Shown: piece by piece, positions 18,317 through 27,942 of the stretch | How positions within the stretch are numbered: the first letter of the stretch is position 1 | Layout of the letters: the number at the start of each line of letters is the position of its first letter | Source of the DNA: Candidatus Sericytochromatia bacterium | Lineage (GTDB): Bacteria > Cyanobacteriota > Sericytochromatia > S15B-MN24 > JAQBPE01 | Assembly (NCBI GenBank): GCA_040400605.1 | Contig: JBBAPZ010000012.1 | Coordinates: forward strand, 57,364 to 100,738 | Direction of reading: 5' to 3' | DNA length: 43,375 nucleotides | Program-made: the position numbers and the translations under genes | Notes under the pieces: generated by a model | Database searches by the model: none | What the model was told of the DNA's origin: nothing | Seen by the model: the letters and a program-made list of their open reading frames with translations, nothing else

Positions 18317-19054
18317 TTGAGTGGTTTGGAAGGCATCAGTCTGGCTGCGGTCATCAATATCATTGTCATTGATTTGATTTTGTCGGGTGACAATGCAGTT
18401 GTGATTGCGATGGCGGTCAAGTCCCTGCCGAACCATTTGGCGCGCCGGGCGGCGATCGCCGGTGCGATCGGCGCGGTGGTGCTCCGGGTCATTTTCGCGT
18501 CGCTAGCGGCTATCTTGCTGGCTGTTCCGGCAATTCAGGCCGTCGGTGGTGTGATTCTGTTGTGGATTGCTTACAAGTTGCTGGTTGAGACGGAAGGTGA
18601 TCTCGAAGACAATGCGTCCATTGATAACTTCTGGCATGCCGTTCGGGTGATCATCCTGGCCGACCTGGTCATGAGCCTTGACAACATTCTCGCGGTGGGA
18701 GGCGCTGCCCGGGGCGATTTGCGTCTCTTGATCTTTGGTCTCTTGCTCAGCATTCCGTTGGTGCTCTTTTGCAGTCAAATTTTGACCAACGCACTCAAGC
18801 GCTGGCCTTGGCTCGCCTATCTTGGTGCCGGCGTCCTGGCGTTCACAGCGGCTGAAATGGTGGTGCGGGACAAGCTGGTCATTCCCGTCTTGCAGCAGTA
18901 TGGCGCAGGTTTCAGCCAGTTTTTACCAGCCCTGACAACCTTGGCGGTATTGGGGGCAGGCTACCTTCACAATACCGTGAGGGCCAGAAACGCCAAGGCG
19001 GCAGCGATGGAAAATCCCGCCTTGTCAGCAAGCGATGTCGCCAGTGGAAACTGA
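18317..19054 (+). CDS. TerC family (YjbE-type) integral membrane protein, putative metal transporter
   Basis: IDLILSGDNAVVIA, LADLVMSLDNILAV, GLLLSIP; multiple TM segments; GGGGAG RBS before TTG. Confidence 0.92.
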   Translation: MSGLEGISLAAVINIIVIDLILSGDNAVVIAMAVKSLPNHLARRAAIAGAIGAVVLRVIFASLAAILLAVPAIQAVGGVILLWIAYKLLVETEGDLEDNASIDNFWHAVRVIILADLVMSLDNILAVGGAARGDLRLLIFGLLLSIPLVLFCSQILTNALKRWPWLAYLGAGVLAFTAAEMVVRDKLVIPVLQQYGAGFSQFLPALTTLAVLGAGYLHNTVRARNAKAAAMENPALSASDVASGN

Positions 19055-19432
19055 GCTGGTAATACAGAAGCAGCTGAGTGTTTGACAACAATCCGTTTGA
19101 CCATGGGTCGTCACTTAAGAAGGCGTTTCCGGGTTTATCCAGATAATCAACACTGAGCCGATCCCGGTGACCCGCATGTGGACAATGTAACCCAACGAAA
19201 AAACGTGGGGATTTTTTGACACGCGTGGCTTAAGTTGACACGCATGGCGGTTTGACACTGGTTGCCAGACCATTTTCGTGGGCGATCCGCCGCATTGACC
19301 CTGAGAAGGGCGCGCAGCAAGTAGCTCAGGCCTGATTGCCGAACCGGCAGTCGTAATTAGGCCCGATTGCTTGACAACGCCCTTGCGAAACATTTGCCGA
19401 TCGTTGCCCTTGGGTCCCGACCACCCGCACAG

Positions 19433-19627
19433 CTAACCGTAAAAGGCTGCGATTTGACCGAACTGGAAGCCTTCTTCGGTCAGGTAACACCGCACCTTGT
19501 CACAGGCTTCCTCGGCGCTGACCGCGGAGACGATCATGCTGACTTTGGGGCGTCGTTCACGCGGACTCTCCACGTTTTGCGCCACCACCAACCAAGACTT
19601 GAAGAACAACGAGCCATAGAAACCCAT
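19433..19627 (-). CDS. Hypothetical 64-aa protein
   Basis: Strong GGGGAGG RBS before ATG 19627; MGFYGSLFFKSWLVVAQ...MIVSAVSAEEACDKVRCYL has a beta-beta-alpha pattern. Confidence 0.55.
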   Translation of the reverse strand: MGFYGSLFFKSWLVVAQNVESPRERRPKVSMIVSAVSAEEACDKVRCYLTEEGFQFGQIAAFYG

Positions 19628-20002
19628 CGCGGGGCCTCCCCTTCTCCACACCATCCGAACGAACCGGGCATCCCAAAGGGGTCTTGTGTGGAAGCAGTTT
19701 CGGCGACGTCATAACGGCAGTGTTGACAAGAATGAAGACCCTGTCTCGACTATAGCAAATCGATAATCAAAGCTCTGTGACAGGTGTTTTCCCAGATAAC
19801 AAATCTTGATTAAATTTATGGCAAATCGACGGCGGGGGTGTCAGGCGTAGACGGTGATCGGGCGATCGGCGACCGATCGCTGTGCGAGGTACCAGAATTC
19901 CAGCGTTGAATCGGGCGTTGCCGAATCCCTTTAGTGGCATCAATGCGTGAATGACGGCCATCTTGTTGTCACAAGGAGGGGTCCGAAGCTTTATTCTCGT
20001 GC

Positions 20003-20032
20003 TTGCTTAATCGCTGAAGAAACCACTATAAT
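20003..20032 (+). promoter_or_regulatory. Sigma70-type promoter for nrdJ
   Basis: TTGCTT (20003-20008), N18, TATAAT (20027-20032). Confidence 0.6.
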
Positions 20033-20198
20033 AAGAATTGCTTTATGAGCTGAAATCCAGTATTGATGCCGCTTTCCGGTCGCAACGTCGCATCGGGCCT
20101 CATAAAGAGCCTTTGTAAAAGGGTAGACCTCGCACGCCCGTTACGGCAGATTGCCGTCGGGCGGTTGTTTAGTCTGAGTGGAGTGAGTAACAACCGTT

Positions 20199-22610
20199 AT
20201 GTTGAGCAAAAACGCCATTACCGTTCTAGAAAAGCGTTATTTCCTGAAGGATGCGCATGGTCAACTTTGCGAGACGACTGAAGGTTTGTTCAGACGCGTG
20301 GCGCGTGCCTTGGCTGAGCCCGAGCGGCGTTATGGTGCGAGCGAGGATGAGGTTGCGCGGATCGCGGACCAATTTTACGAGATGACCTACGGGCTTGATT
20401 TTCTGCCCAATTCGCCAACCTTGGCGAATGCAGGGACGCGCACGGGTCAGTTGTCGGCGTGTTTTGTTTTGCCGGTTCCGGATGATCTCTCAGGCATTTT
20501 TGAAACCATCAGGCAGGCGGCGTTGATTCATCAGACAGGTGGCGGAACCGGGTTTGCGTTTTCGCGCTTGCGTCCGAAGAACGACCTCGTGCAGAGCACG
20601 AAGGGTGTGTCGTCGGGTCCTGTCTCGTTCATGGATGTATTCAATGCGGCGACGGAGAGCATCAAGCAAGGCGGCATGCGCCGGGGCGCGAACATGGGGA
20701 TTTTGCGTGTAGACCATCCCGATATCATGGAGTTTATCGGCCACAAGGAGGATTTGTCGAAGCTGACGAATTTCAACATATCGGTGGCGGTCACGGATGC
20801 GTTCATGGCGGCCGTGGAAGCGGGGACTGATTATAACCTGTTGAATCCGCGGACCGGCGAGGTGATGGGGCAGTTGGATGCGCGCACCGTTTTTCGGGAT
20901 GTCGTCTTGCGCGCGTGGAGCACGGGTGAGCCCGGGTTGGTGTTTATCGACCGGATGAACGAGTATTGTCCGGTACCTTGGCTCGGGCGTTATGAGGCGA
21001 CAAATCCGTGTGGTGAGCAGCCCTTGATTCCCTATGAGTCGTGTAACCTCGGTTCAATCAACCTGGAGCGTTTCGTTGTTGAGGATGCGTCCGGACCGCA
21101 GGTCGATTACGAGCGTTTGCGGTCGGTTGTGCATTTGGCGACCAGGCTTTTGGACAATGTGATCGATGCCAACCGCTACCCGATTCCCGAGATCGAGCGG
21201 ATCACGCATGCCACACGCAAAATTGGTTTAGGTGTGATGGGCTTTGCGCGGTTGTTGTTCAAGTTGGGTGTTGGCTATGGCACGCCAGACAGTTTGAAGC
21301 TTGCCGAGGCCTTGATGAGCTTCATCGACTATGAGTCCAAGGTGGCCTCGGTTACATTGGCCAAAGTGCGCGGTGCGTTCTCGGCGCGTCAGGGGCATGA
21401 AGCCGAGTCGAATCAGTTTTTCCGCAAGCTGTGTCTGGAGCGCGATGCGCGGGGTGGTCGCCATCCTGAGGCAAATTATGCGTCGTTGCTGCCTGAGATT
21501 GAGCAGTACGGTATTCGCAACTCGACAACAACAACCGTGGCGCCGACCGGTACCCTGTCCATCATCGCGGACACGTCGGGTGGCTGCGAGCCCGTGTTTG
21601 CGCTGGCGTTCAAGCGCTGGCAGGCGGATACCCACATGGTGGATGTCGATGGTGTTTTTCAGGATTATGCCAAGGCGCACGGTTTTTACTCGGACGCGTT
21701 GTTGGAGGCGATCGACGCCAATCATGGCACCCTTGCGCATCTGAAAGGGTTGGATGTCCCTGAAAAGGCTGTGGAAATCTTCAAGACGGCGCATGACATC
21801 ACGCCGGAAGAGCATGTGCGTATCCAGGCGGCATTTCAGCATTACAACGATTCCGCGACGTCCAAGACCATCAACTTCCCGGAGCAGGCGACGCCGGAGG
21901 ATGTGGAGATGGCCTATCGATTGGCGTATGCGACCGGTTGCAAGGGTATCACGGTGTATCGCAACAACTCGCGGATGTTTCAGCCGTTGTCGGTGAGCAA
22001 GGCGGCCGGTACCGAAAAAACGGCGGCTGTGCAGGCTGCGCCGGAGACCGTTACGGAGGCTGTGCAGGCGGTGCTGTCGCAGAAGCGTTTGCGGCCGCGT
22101 CCGGAGGACCTTTATGGGTTCACCCGCACGACGCAAACCGGTGACGGCAAGCTGTACACGACCGTCAATTATGATGAATTCGGGATCCGCGAGGTGGTGA
22201 CCAATATTGGCCGTTCGGGTGGGACCCTGTTCAGTTTGTCGGAGGCGATCGGGCGGTTGATCAGCCTCAGCCTGCAATACAATGTGCCGGTGGAGGAGAT
22301 TTCGCGTTCGCTCATCGGCATCAGGGGTGCCAATTCTTATGGCTTTGGTGCAAACCAGGTTCTAAGCATCCCCGACGCCATTGGTAAAGTGCTCAGGGAC
22401 TCTCCCAGACAGCTCGGCCAGGTGTTGGTGGGTCAGCCCGCAGCGGTATCGCTCGTTGGCCACACGAATGGCAGTGCAACCGAACACCGCGCCCACGAGG
22501 CCGTCCACATATTTGGTGAAAGTCCAGAATGTCCCGAGTGCGGCAATGGTTTGGACTACGGCGAGGGCTGTGTCACATGCCGAGGCTGCGGCTACAGCAA
22601 GTGCGGCTAA
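20199..22610 (+). CDS. nrdJ: Class II (adenosylcobalamin-dependent) ribonucleotide reductase
   Basis: FLPNSPTLANAG, QLSACFV, RRGANMG, TNPCGEQPL, CNLGSINL, TVAPTGT, SKTIN, KGITVYR; C-terminal TSCPD-like domain and CPEC...CVTCRGCGYSKC; no class I small subunit nearby. Confidence 0.95.
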   Translation: MLSKNAITVLEKRYFLKDAHGQLCETTEGLFRRVARALAEPERRYGASEDEVARIADQFYEMTYGLDFLPNSPTLANAGTRTGQLSACFVLPVPDDLSGIFETIRQAALIHQTGGGTGFAFSRLRPKNDLVQSTKGVSSGPVSFMDVFNAATESIKQGGMRRGANMGILRVDHPDIMEFIGHKEDLSKLTNFNISVAVTDAFMAAVEAGTDYNLLNPRTGEVMGQLDARTVFRDVVLRAWSTGEPGLVFIDRMNEYCPVPWLGRYEATNPCGEQPLIPYESCNLGSINLERFVVEDASGPQVDYERLRSVVHLATRLLDNVIDANRYPIPEIERITHATRKIGLGVMGFARLLFKLGVGYGTPDSLKLAEALMSFIDYESKVASVTLAKVRGAFSARQGHEAESNQFFRKLCLERDARGGRHPEANYASLLPEIEQYGIRNSTTTTVAPTGTLSIIADTSGGCEPVFALAFKRWQADTHMVDVDGVFQDYAKAHGFYSDALLEAIDANHGTLAHLKGLDVPEKAVEIFKTAHDITPEEHVRIQAAFQHYNDSATSKTINFPEQATPEDVEMAYRLAYATGCKGITVYRNNSRMFQPLSVSKAAGTEKTAAVQAAPETVTEAVQAVLSQKRLRPRPEDLYGFTRTTQTGDGKLYTTVNYDEFGIREVVTNIGRSGGTLFSLSEAIGRLISLSLQYNVPVEEISRSLIGIRGANSYGFGANQVLSIPDAIGKVLRDSPRQLGQVLVGQPAAVSLVGHTNGSATEHRAHEAVHIFGESPECPECGNGLDYGEGCVTCRGCGYSKCG

Positions 22611-22624
22611 AACGAGCCAGCCGT

Positions 22625-22661
22625 GCCCACGCGACGTCAGTCAATGTGCCGTCGCGTGGGC
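22625..22661 (+). terminator. Stem-loop after nrdJ (no U-tract)
   Basis: GCCCACGCGACG-N13-CGTCGCGTGGGC. Confidence 0.45.
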
Positions 22662-22791
22662 CGAAGGGGAGTCAACAGCGCAATATCGCGAAAATCGCGT
22701 GCAAAATGCTTGCAAGGCTGATTGGGCCTGTGTTAACTTGACACAAGTTTCGGAAAGAGGGCGTCAGGCCCCGTAAAAAGGAGATCCCAAG

Positions 22792-23100
22792 TTGAACAAG
22801 GAAGAACTGGTCAACGCTGTCGCCACTGCCACGAAATTGTCCAAAAAGGACACGGAAGCGACCATCAATGCAACCATTGACGCCATCACCGCGGCGTTGG
22901 CAGAAGGTGACAAGGTGACCCTGGTTGGTTTCGGCACCTTCCAGATCCGGGAGCGGGCGGCCCGCGAAGGACGGAATCCACGGACCGGTGCCGTCTTGCG
23001 GATCGATTCAAAGAGAGCGCCGTCCTTTACCGCGGGCAAAGGCCTGAAAGAGGCCGTCAGCGCCCCGGAGACCGCCAAAGTGGCAGCAGCCAAGCACTAA
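22792..23100 (+). CDS. hup: DNA-binding protein HU
   Basis: MNKEELV, VTLVGFGTF, RAAREGRNPRTG, FTAGKGLKEAV; TTG start with AAGGAG RBS; upstream TTGCAA-N18-TAACTT promoter-like motif. Confidence 0.97.
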   Translation: MNKEELVNAVATATKLSKKDTEATINATIDAITAALAEGDKVTLVGFGTFQIRERAAREGRNPRTGAVLRIDSKRAPSFTAGKGLKEAVSAPETAKVAAAKH

Positions 23101-23122
23101 GCGTCTCAGTCAATCTGGCGTG

Positions 23123-23150
23123 TGCAGCCCCACCAAACGGTGGGGCTGCA
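23123..23150. terminator. GC-rich hairpin after hup, between convergent genes
   Basis: TGCAGCCCCACC-AAAC-GGTGGGGCTGCA, a perfect 12-bp stem. Confidence 0.7.
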
Positions 23151-23380
23151 ATGTTAGCGGACCGGGCGGTTCTGAACCGTCAGGGCAAACCAACAAAACC
23201 AGCATTCAAGCAGCCTCTCAAGCACGGTTCGAGAGTATCAACCGTCAGGCACCCGTGCAAGAACGAATGACAGACCTAGCCGTCACGGTTGGCTGATGCC
23301 AAAAGAGCCAATTAATCACCACATCGGTTTTTCAGGCACTTTACGATTTGATGGCTTATCAAACGGGTGTTGTGTGGCGC

Positions 23381-24355
23381 TCAGGCCGGTGTACCCGTCG
23401 AAGAGCCATCCAGGCAGTGCACTTGTTCATCGAAGATGACAATGGTGTTACGCCCCGCGCTTTTGGCAAGGTAGAGGGCATGATCGGCCTCTGCGAGAAG
23501 TTCTGCAAAGCTTTTAGGCTTGCCGGACGCCATGCCGGCGATGCCGACGCTGATGGTGATCCGCTGAAACGGACTTTCGCCGTGCTCAATCGCATGCGCC
23601 TGTATCGCCAAGCGCATGCGATTCAGGGCGATCCAAGCGGTTTTCGTGCTTTGTTCCGGCAGAATAACCAAAAACTCTTCCCCACCATAACGATAAACCA
23701 GGTCACCATCACGGCTCTCCGTATCCAATGTGCGAGCCACCCTGGCCAGCACCTCATCGCCAGCCTGATGACCATAGGTGTCGTTGTACTTCTTGTAGAA
23801 ATCGATATCACACATCCCTAGTGCGTACACATGACCGTAGCGCCTCACACGGTCTTCCAAGACCGCTACATCATCACGGAGACTGAGGCGATTGCGCAGC
23901 CGCGTCAGCGGATCCGTGCGCCCCTCTTCAAAAAGCCGTCGGTTGAGTTCGATCAGCTCCCGCGTCTGCACTGCCAACTGCCTGTGCAATGACGTCACCC
24001 GCTGCGCGGTAATCAAACGCAAACGTAAATAATCACGATCCAACGGCTTGCTCATGCAGTCATCAGCGCCAGCCTCCATACTCGCGGCATAATGCCGCTG
24101 ATCACCCGCGGCCGATAGTAACACGAAAAACGTGTAACACGTCCGCGGATTCGCTCGCACCCGTTCGCACAACTCAACCCCGGTCAAACCAGGCATCATC
24201 CAGTCACTGATAATCACATCGCACTCGTGAGACTGAAACAACTCCCACGCCTCAAGCCCATTGCCTGCCACGAGACAGGCATGCCCCAAGGACAACACAT
24301 CCATCTCCAAAGCCTGCCGCACAACCGGGTCGGAGTCCGCTATCAAAATGTTCAC
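23381..24355 (-). CDS. Response-regulator diguanylate cyclase (REC-GGDEF)
   Basis: REC phosphoacceptor in IISDWMMPG; TDPLTRLRNR, DIDFYKKYNDTYGHQAGD, I-site RDGD, active site GGEEF, KSAGRN. Confidence 0.95.
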   Translation of the reverse strand: MNILIADSDPVVRQALEMDVLSLGHACLVAGNGLEAWELFQSHECDVIISDWMMPGLTGVELCERVRANPRTCYTFFVLLSAAGDQRHYAASMEAGADDCMSKPLDRDYLRLRLITAQRVTSLHRQLAVQTRELIELNRRLFEEGRTDPLTRLRNRLSLRDDVAVLEDRVRRYGHVYALGMCDIDFYKKYNDTYGHQAGDEVLARVARTLDTESRDGDLVYRYGGEEFLVILPEQSTKTAWIALNRMRLAIQAHAIEHGESPFQRITISVGIAGMASGKPKSFAELLAEADHALYLAKSAGRNTIVIFDEQVHCLDGSSTGTPA

Positions 24356-24901
24356 GCGCCCGCCAATGCCTCTCTCAACCCGTCCGGATACCCGGATTTA
24401 TTCCGCCCCGAGCAAGACAAACCATCTGCCAAGACCAACCACATCGCACCACTCACAACAATGCGGCCTGGTTTAACACCCGAGCGCCATCTAACCTGAT
24501 AACGCTGCGACCAAGGGCTACATACCCGAATTCAGCGCCTTAACCAACAAGCGCAGTGTAAAAGTTCAGAGGCGTTCACATTCCCGCATCGGTCATTGCA
24601 CGCGATCATAACCAGGCGACATACACCGTGTTTCAACGACAAACAGCCTGAACCTGAGACCGAGTCGTGGGTGTTTTGACACGGACAACCACTGCAAGCA
24701 GTTACGCTTTCTGGCCGTTTCCTGACGTGCTGAAATCAACCGGGGCGACATCCCTGGCTTACCGATCATCAACCGCCACGAAAAAATCGTTATTTAACCA
24801 TAGCATAACCTTATATGCGCTTCGCTGTAACGTGTTTGTAACCACACATCCCGATAACGCAGGTACTGGTGTTTAGCCGGGTAACCCTCAAGGGAACAAC
24901 G

Positions 24902-26377
24902 ATGAGCATTCACAATATCTACAACGCACGTCGCATGGTTCCTTTGGGTCCACCGGCTCCCGGGCGGGTGCCGCACGGGCCGGAGTTGGGGGTTGCGAGG
25001 CAGTCGGTGTCGCCGTGGGCGGCTGACCTCAATTTGGTGATGCAGGCTTTGCCAACGCCGTTGTCGGATCAATTGCAGGCCGGGTACCCGGCGCCCATAC
25101 GGCCCTTGCCTGGTGGTTTGGACCGCACGCCCTTGTTGAATTCGAACCATCCCGAAGTGATTCGCGGGCCGGGCATTGCCGTTTCAACCTTTCCTTGGCC
25201 GCAGGCGGCGCATCAAAACTTTGCTTTTCGTGGGCCGTTCGAGATGTTTACCCATCACCAGAACCGGTCGTCACGCGATTTGTATCAGGCGGTCGTGTTG
25301 TATAACGCGAGCGATCGCCCCGTGGGCGTCGAGGCATTTGAGTCGGCGGCAGCCATCACCCGCGACGCGCCCTACCGCGATCACGGCCCCGACCCTGTGT
25401 CAGACCCGCTGAACCAGCGTGCCAGTGGGCCGGGTGATCGCATCGCTGGTGACATCCTGCGCGGCAAACGCATCATCGCGGAACAAAAAATGATCCTGGC
25501 ACCCGGTGAACTCCGTATCGTCCACACCTTGCGGTTGCCCCCGTCCAACGAAGGCACGAGCGCCTTTCGCTTTCGCAGCGACGGTCCCGTGCACGCCGCC
25601 GTCGTCTTCGAGGACGCTCAACCATCCGCCGGCGACGTCGCCAATCGCCTGCGGTCGGGACAGTTGCTGGCCCGAAACCCAGAAGACAAGCCACCCACAC
25701 CACCGGGCAGCAACGCACCCTTCGTTTTCGGACGGGTCGCAGGCGTCCAGGAAGGCGCCAAATGGCAAGGCACCATCACCACGCCGGGCGCCGTCGACTA
25801 CCTCATTGACGAGCAAGACATCCAGGAAGCCTTCATCCTCGTTGGCAAACGCACCAATACCCTCAACACGGGCCAGGATCACGCAGCGCCTTTGCTCACC
25901 CGCTACCCGGACGCCTCCTATGCGGCGCACGGCAACTACAGCGTGACCTACGATCTCACCATCCCGCTGCGCAACACAAGTGCTCGCGAACGCACCGTCA
26001 AACTCTTCATGGACTCTCCCGGCGGTCCATTACCCGTCAGCCGCGCCTTCCGCGGCAGCATCGGCATCGACATCACAGACAGCCGCGGCAACACCGATAC
26101 ACAATGGGTCCATGTCAGCCAAGTCGCAGGAGAAGTCCAAACCACCCCCCTCACCGACATCACCCTGCGTCCCGGCGAATCCCAAAACGTGCGCATCCGC
26201 ATCGCCTACCCCGCCAACGCCACCCCGCCGCACGCCTTGCGCATCGCAAGCAGTCCCCCCAACGAAACCCCGACTCGCTCACGAAGCACACTCAGGCAAT
26301 GGGCCGAAGCCACCGACCAAGCCCTGACCGAAACCCTCGAACATTGGCGCTCACCCCGTCGGCGCACCACCTTTTGA
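24902..26377 (+). CDS. DUF3370-like protein
   Basis: IRPLPGGLD..P..NSNHPEV..PGI.VSTFP, FTHH, GPGDR, FGRVAGV, YAAHGNYSVTYDLTIPL, FRG, YPANATPP recall the cyanobacterial DUF3370 family. Confidence 0.75.
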   Translation: MSIHNIYNARRMVPLGPPAPGRVPHGPELGVARQSVSPWAADLNLVMQALPTPLSDQLQAGYPAPIRPLPGGLDRTPLLNSNHPEVIRGPGIAVSTFPWPQAAHQNFAFRGPFEMFTHHQNRSSRDLYQAVVLYNASDRPVGVEAFESAAAITRDAPYRDHGPDPVSDPLNQRASGPGDRIAGDILRGKRIIAEQKMILAPGELRIVHTLRLPPSNEGTSAFRFRSDGPVHAAVVFEDAQPSAGDVANRLRSGQLLARNPEDKPPTPPGSNAPFVFGRVAGVQEGAKWQGTITTPGAVDYLIDEQDIQEAFILVGKRTNTLNTGQDHAAPLLTRYPDASYAAHGNYSVTYDLTIPLRNTSARERTVKLFMDSPGGPLPVSRAFRGSIGIDITDSRGNTDTQWVHVSQVAGEVQTTPLTDITLRPGESQNVRIRIAYPANATPPHALRIASSPPNETPTRSRSTLRQWAEATDQALTETLEHWRSPRRRTTF

Positions 26378-26555
26378 CCCCACCGACATCAGACATCGAT
26401 CACAAAGTTAAATGCTTGTTAAAATAACGATTGAGCTGTTTTAAATGGACTTGTCATCCGGTAAAGATGTTGTTACTGTCAGCTGATGGTCTGGTGAATT
26501 TCGTACCCGAAATTGAGGCAAGACGGTCATGTTGGTGCAATGTGGGACTGATTCG

Positions 26556-27356
26556 ATGGTCAATGTGGGGGGGCAAACGGGGTGCCCTTCCATCCCCGGT
26601 CGACTGTTATGCCGGGTTGCCGTTGGTGTGGGACTGCTGTCCTTGTGGGCGTGTGGCGCGAACCCTGGGGCGTCGACCGGAGCGGCAAATCCGAGGCCAA
26701 TGCCAACGGGAATCGTCGGGAGCCCGGGACGTCCAGCGGATGGGGCGCGGTTGTTGGCGGATCTCAGGGCCCGCATGCGTGTGCTGAACGGCTTGGATGT
26801 TGAGATGCGAGCGAGTTCTTCGGGATTCTATTACGGCGGTGTCAAGGGCACAACGCAGCGCAGCAGTTCCTCCAGGACGCGGATGCGCTGGAGCGCACCC
26901 ACTGCCTTGCGTGCGGATGTTTTAGAGAGTACGACGCCTTTTTTAGCCGGGGCGACCTTGCTGATGACCCAAGCGAATCAGGTGCGGGTGAAAGCGGGTA
27001 ACCCGCTTGGCTTGATTCCTATTACGATGAAGCCCGCTGATTCACGGTTGCTGACGAATCGCAACCATTCGTTTTTAGACAATCACCCGGTGGCACACTT
27101 GCGGCGTCTGAGTGCGGAGGGTGCGGTCTGGACGGGTTTGCCGCCGCAGAGCCTGGCGCCGGGTGCCGAGTGGGTTTCAATCAGCCAGGTGCGTCGGTTG
27201 GACCAAGATGTTGATCGCGAGTACTTGGCCTTGTCGCCCCAGAACGCGGCGCCATTGATGTTGCTGATGTATGAACAAAACAAGGCGGTGGTGACGTTCC
27301 GTTTCGAGCGTTTTGACTGGAACCCGCCTTCGGGTAAGAATGTATTCAAGTTCTAG
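26556..27356 (+). CDS. Lipoprotein with LolA-like (lipoprotein-sorting) fold
   Basis: Hydrophobic stretch and lipobox-like LWAC; WSAPTALRADV...GATLL...VRVK strand pattern and C-terminal FERFDWNP resemble LolA-superfamily proteins. Start uncertain. Confidence 0.55.
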   Translation: MVNVGGQTGCPSIPGRLLCRVAVGVGLLSLWACGANPGASTGAANPRPMPTGIVGSPGRPADGARLLADLRARMRVLNGLDVEMRASSSGFYYGGVKGTTQRSSSSRTRMRWSAPTALRADVLESTTPFLAGATLLMTQANQVRVKAGNPLGLIPITMKPADSRLLTNRNHSFLDNHPVAHLRRLSAEGAVWTGLPPQSLAPGAEWVSISQVRRLDQDVDREYLALSPQNAAPLMLLMYEQNKAVVTFRFERFDWNPPSGKNVFKF

Positions 27357-27377
27357 GGGTGTGAAAGGAGTATGGGG

Positions 27378-27836
27378 ATGAGCACCATCTCGGTTTTGGA
27401 TTTGCGGCATGAGGTGCCCAGGAGTCCGTTCGCGGAACTGGCCGGATTGCCGTGGTTGGCACGCTTGGTGGATAAGGTTCGGGCGGCGCACAAGGGGCAG
27501 CTTGGCGAGTATGTGGCGTACCCGTGTGGCGGCGATCGCCACTTTTTAGGCACCTTCGGTCTGGATGCCGATGCACTTAAGGCCGTCATCGAGGATGGTG
27601 CCACCGACGAAGCCATCGGTACATGGGCCAAGGCCCACGCGACGGGCGATTTTGATGCGGTTCGCGCAGGCTTTCTGGCGGGCATCCTGGCGCCTACGAC
27701 CAACCCGGACTATTTGCCTTATTTGGAAGAATCCAAAAAGGCGTTGGCTGAAGCGCACCCCGAGCTTGATGTGAGTGTGGCCGACAGTCTGGTCAAATTG
27801 ATCTGTGTCGAGGAAGGACACCCCATCCCCGCGTGA
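27378..27836 (+). CDS. DUF5069-like protein
   Basis: DLRHEVPRSP..ELAGLPWLARLVDKVRA...GEY..YPCGGDRHFL; AAGGAG RBS. Confidence 0.75.
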   Translation: MSTISVLDLRHEVPRSPFAELAGLPWLARLVDKVRAAHKGQLGEYVAYPCGGDRHFLGTFGLDADALKAVIEDGATDEAIGTWAKAHATGDFDAVRAGFLAGILAPTTNPDYLPYLEESKKALAEAHPELDVSVADSLVKLICVEEGHPIPA

Positions 27837-27906
27837 GCTCCTTTGACACCGAGCAAGCCGTTCGCGCGGGTTGTCGCGACATGCCTTGAATGGTGTTCCA
27901 AGTTTT

Positions 27907-27937
27907 AGGGCGCTCCCTTGATGTGAGGGAGCGCCCT
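27907..27937. terminator. Hairpin between convergent genes
   Basis: AGGGCGCTCCCT-N7-AGGGAGCGCCCT. Confidence 0.7.
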
Positions 27938-27942
27938 TGGCA

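Noticed and set aside
19115-19393. 92-aa minus-strand ORF and 19367-19714 plus-strand ORF
   Set aside because: No RBS or protein-like pattern; the latter is antisense to the better-supported 64-aa gene.
19700-20198. NrdR boxes or a cobalamin riboswitch upstream of nrdJ
   Set aside because: ACCACTATAATAAG matches an NrdR box only weakly and is better read as the -10 element; no B12-box seen.
21228-22277. 349-aa minus-strand ORF, and a possible intein or insertion in nrdJ
   Set aside because: Shadow of nrdJ. No intein splice motifs or endonuclease block; the extra segment near ARQGHEAESNQFF is a short variable loop.
23180-23320. GGGCAAACC suggestive of a c-di-GMP-I riboswitch near the cyclase gene
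   Set aside because: The GAAA loop and following GACGCAAA elements are absent, and the site lies at convergent 3' ends.
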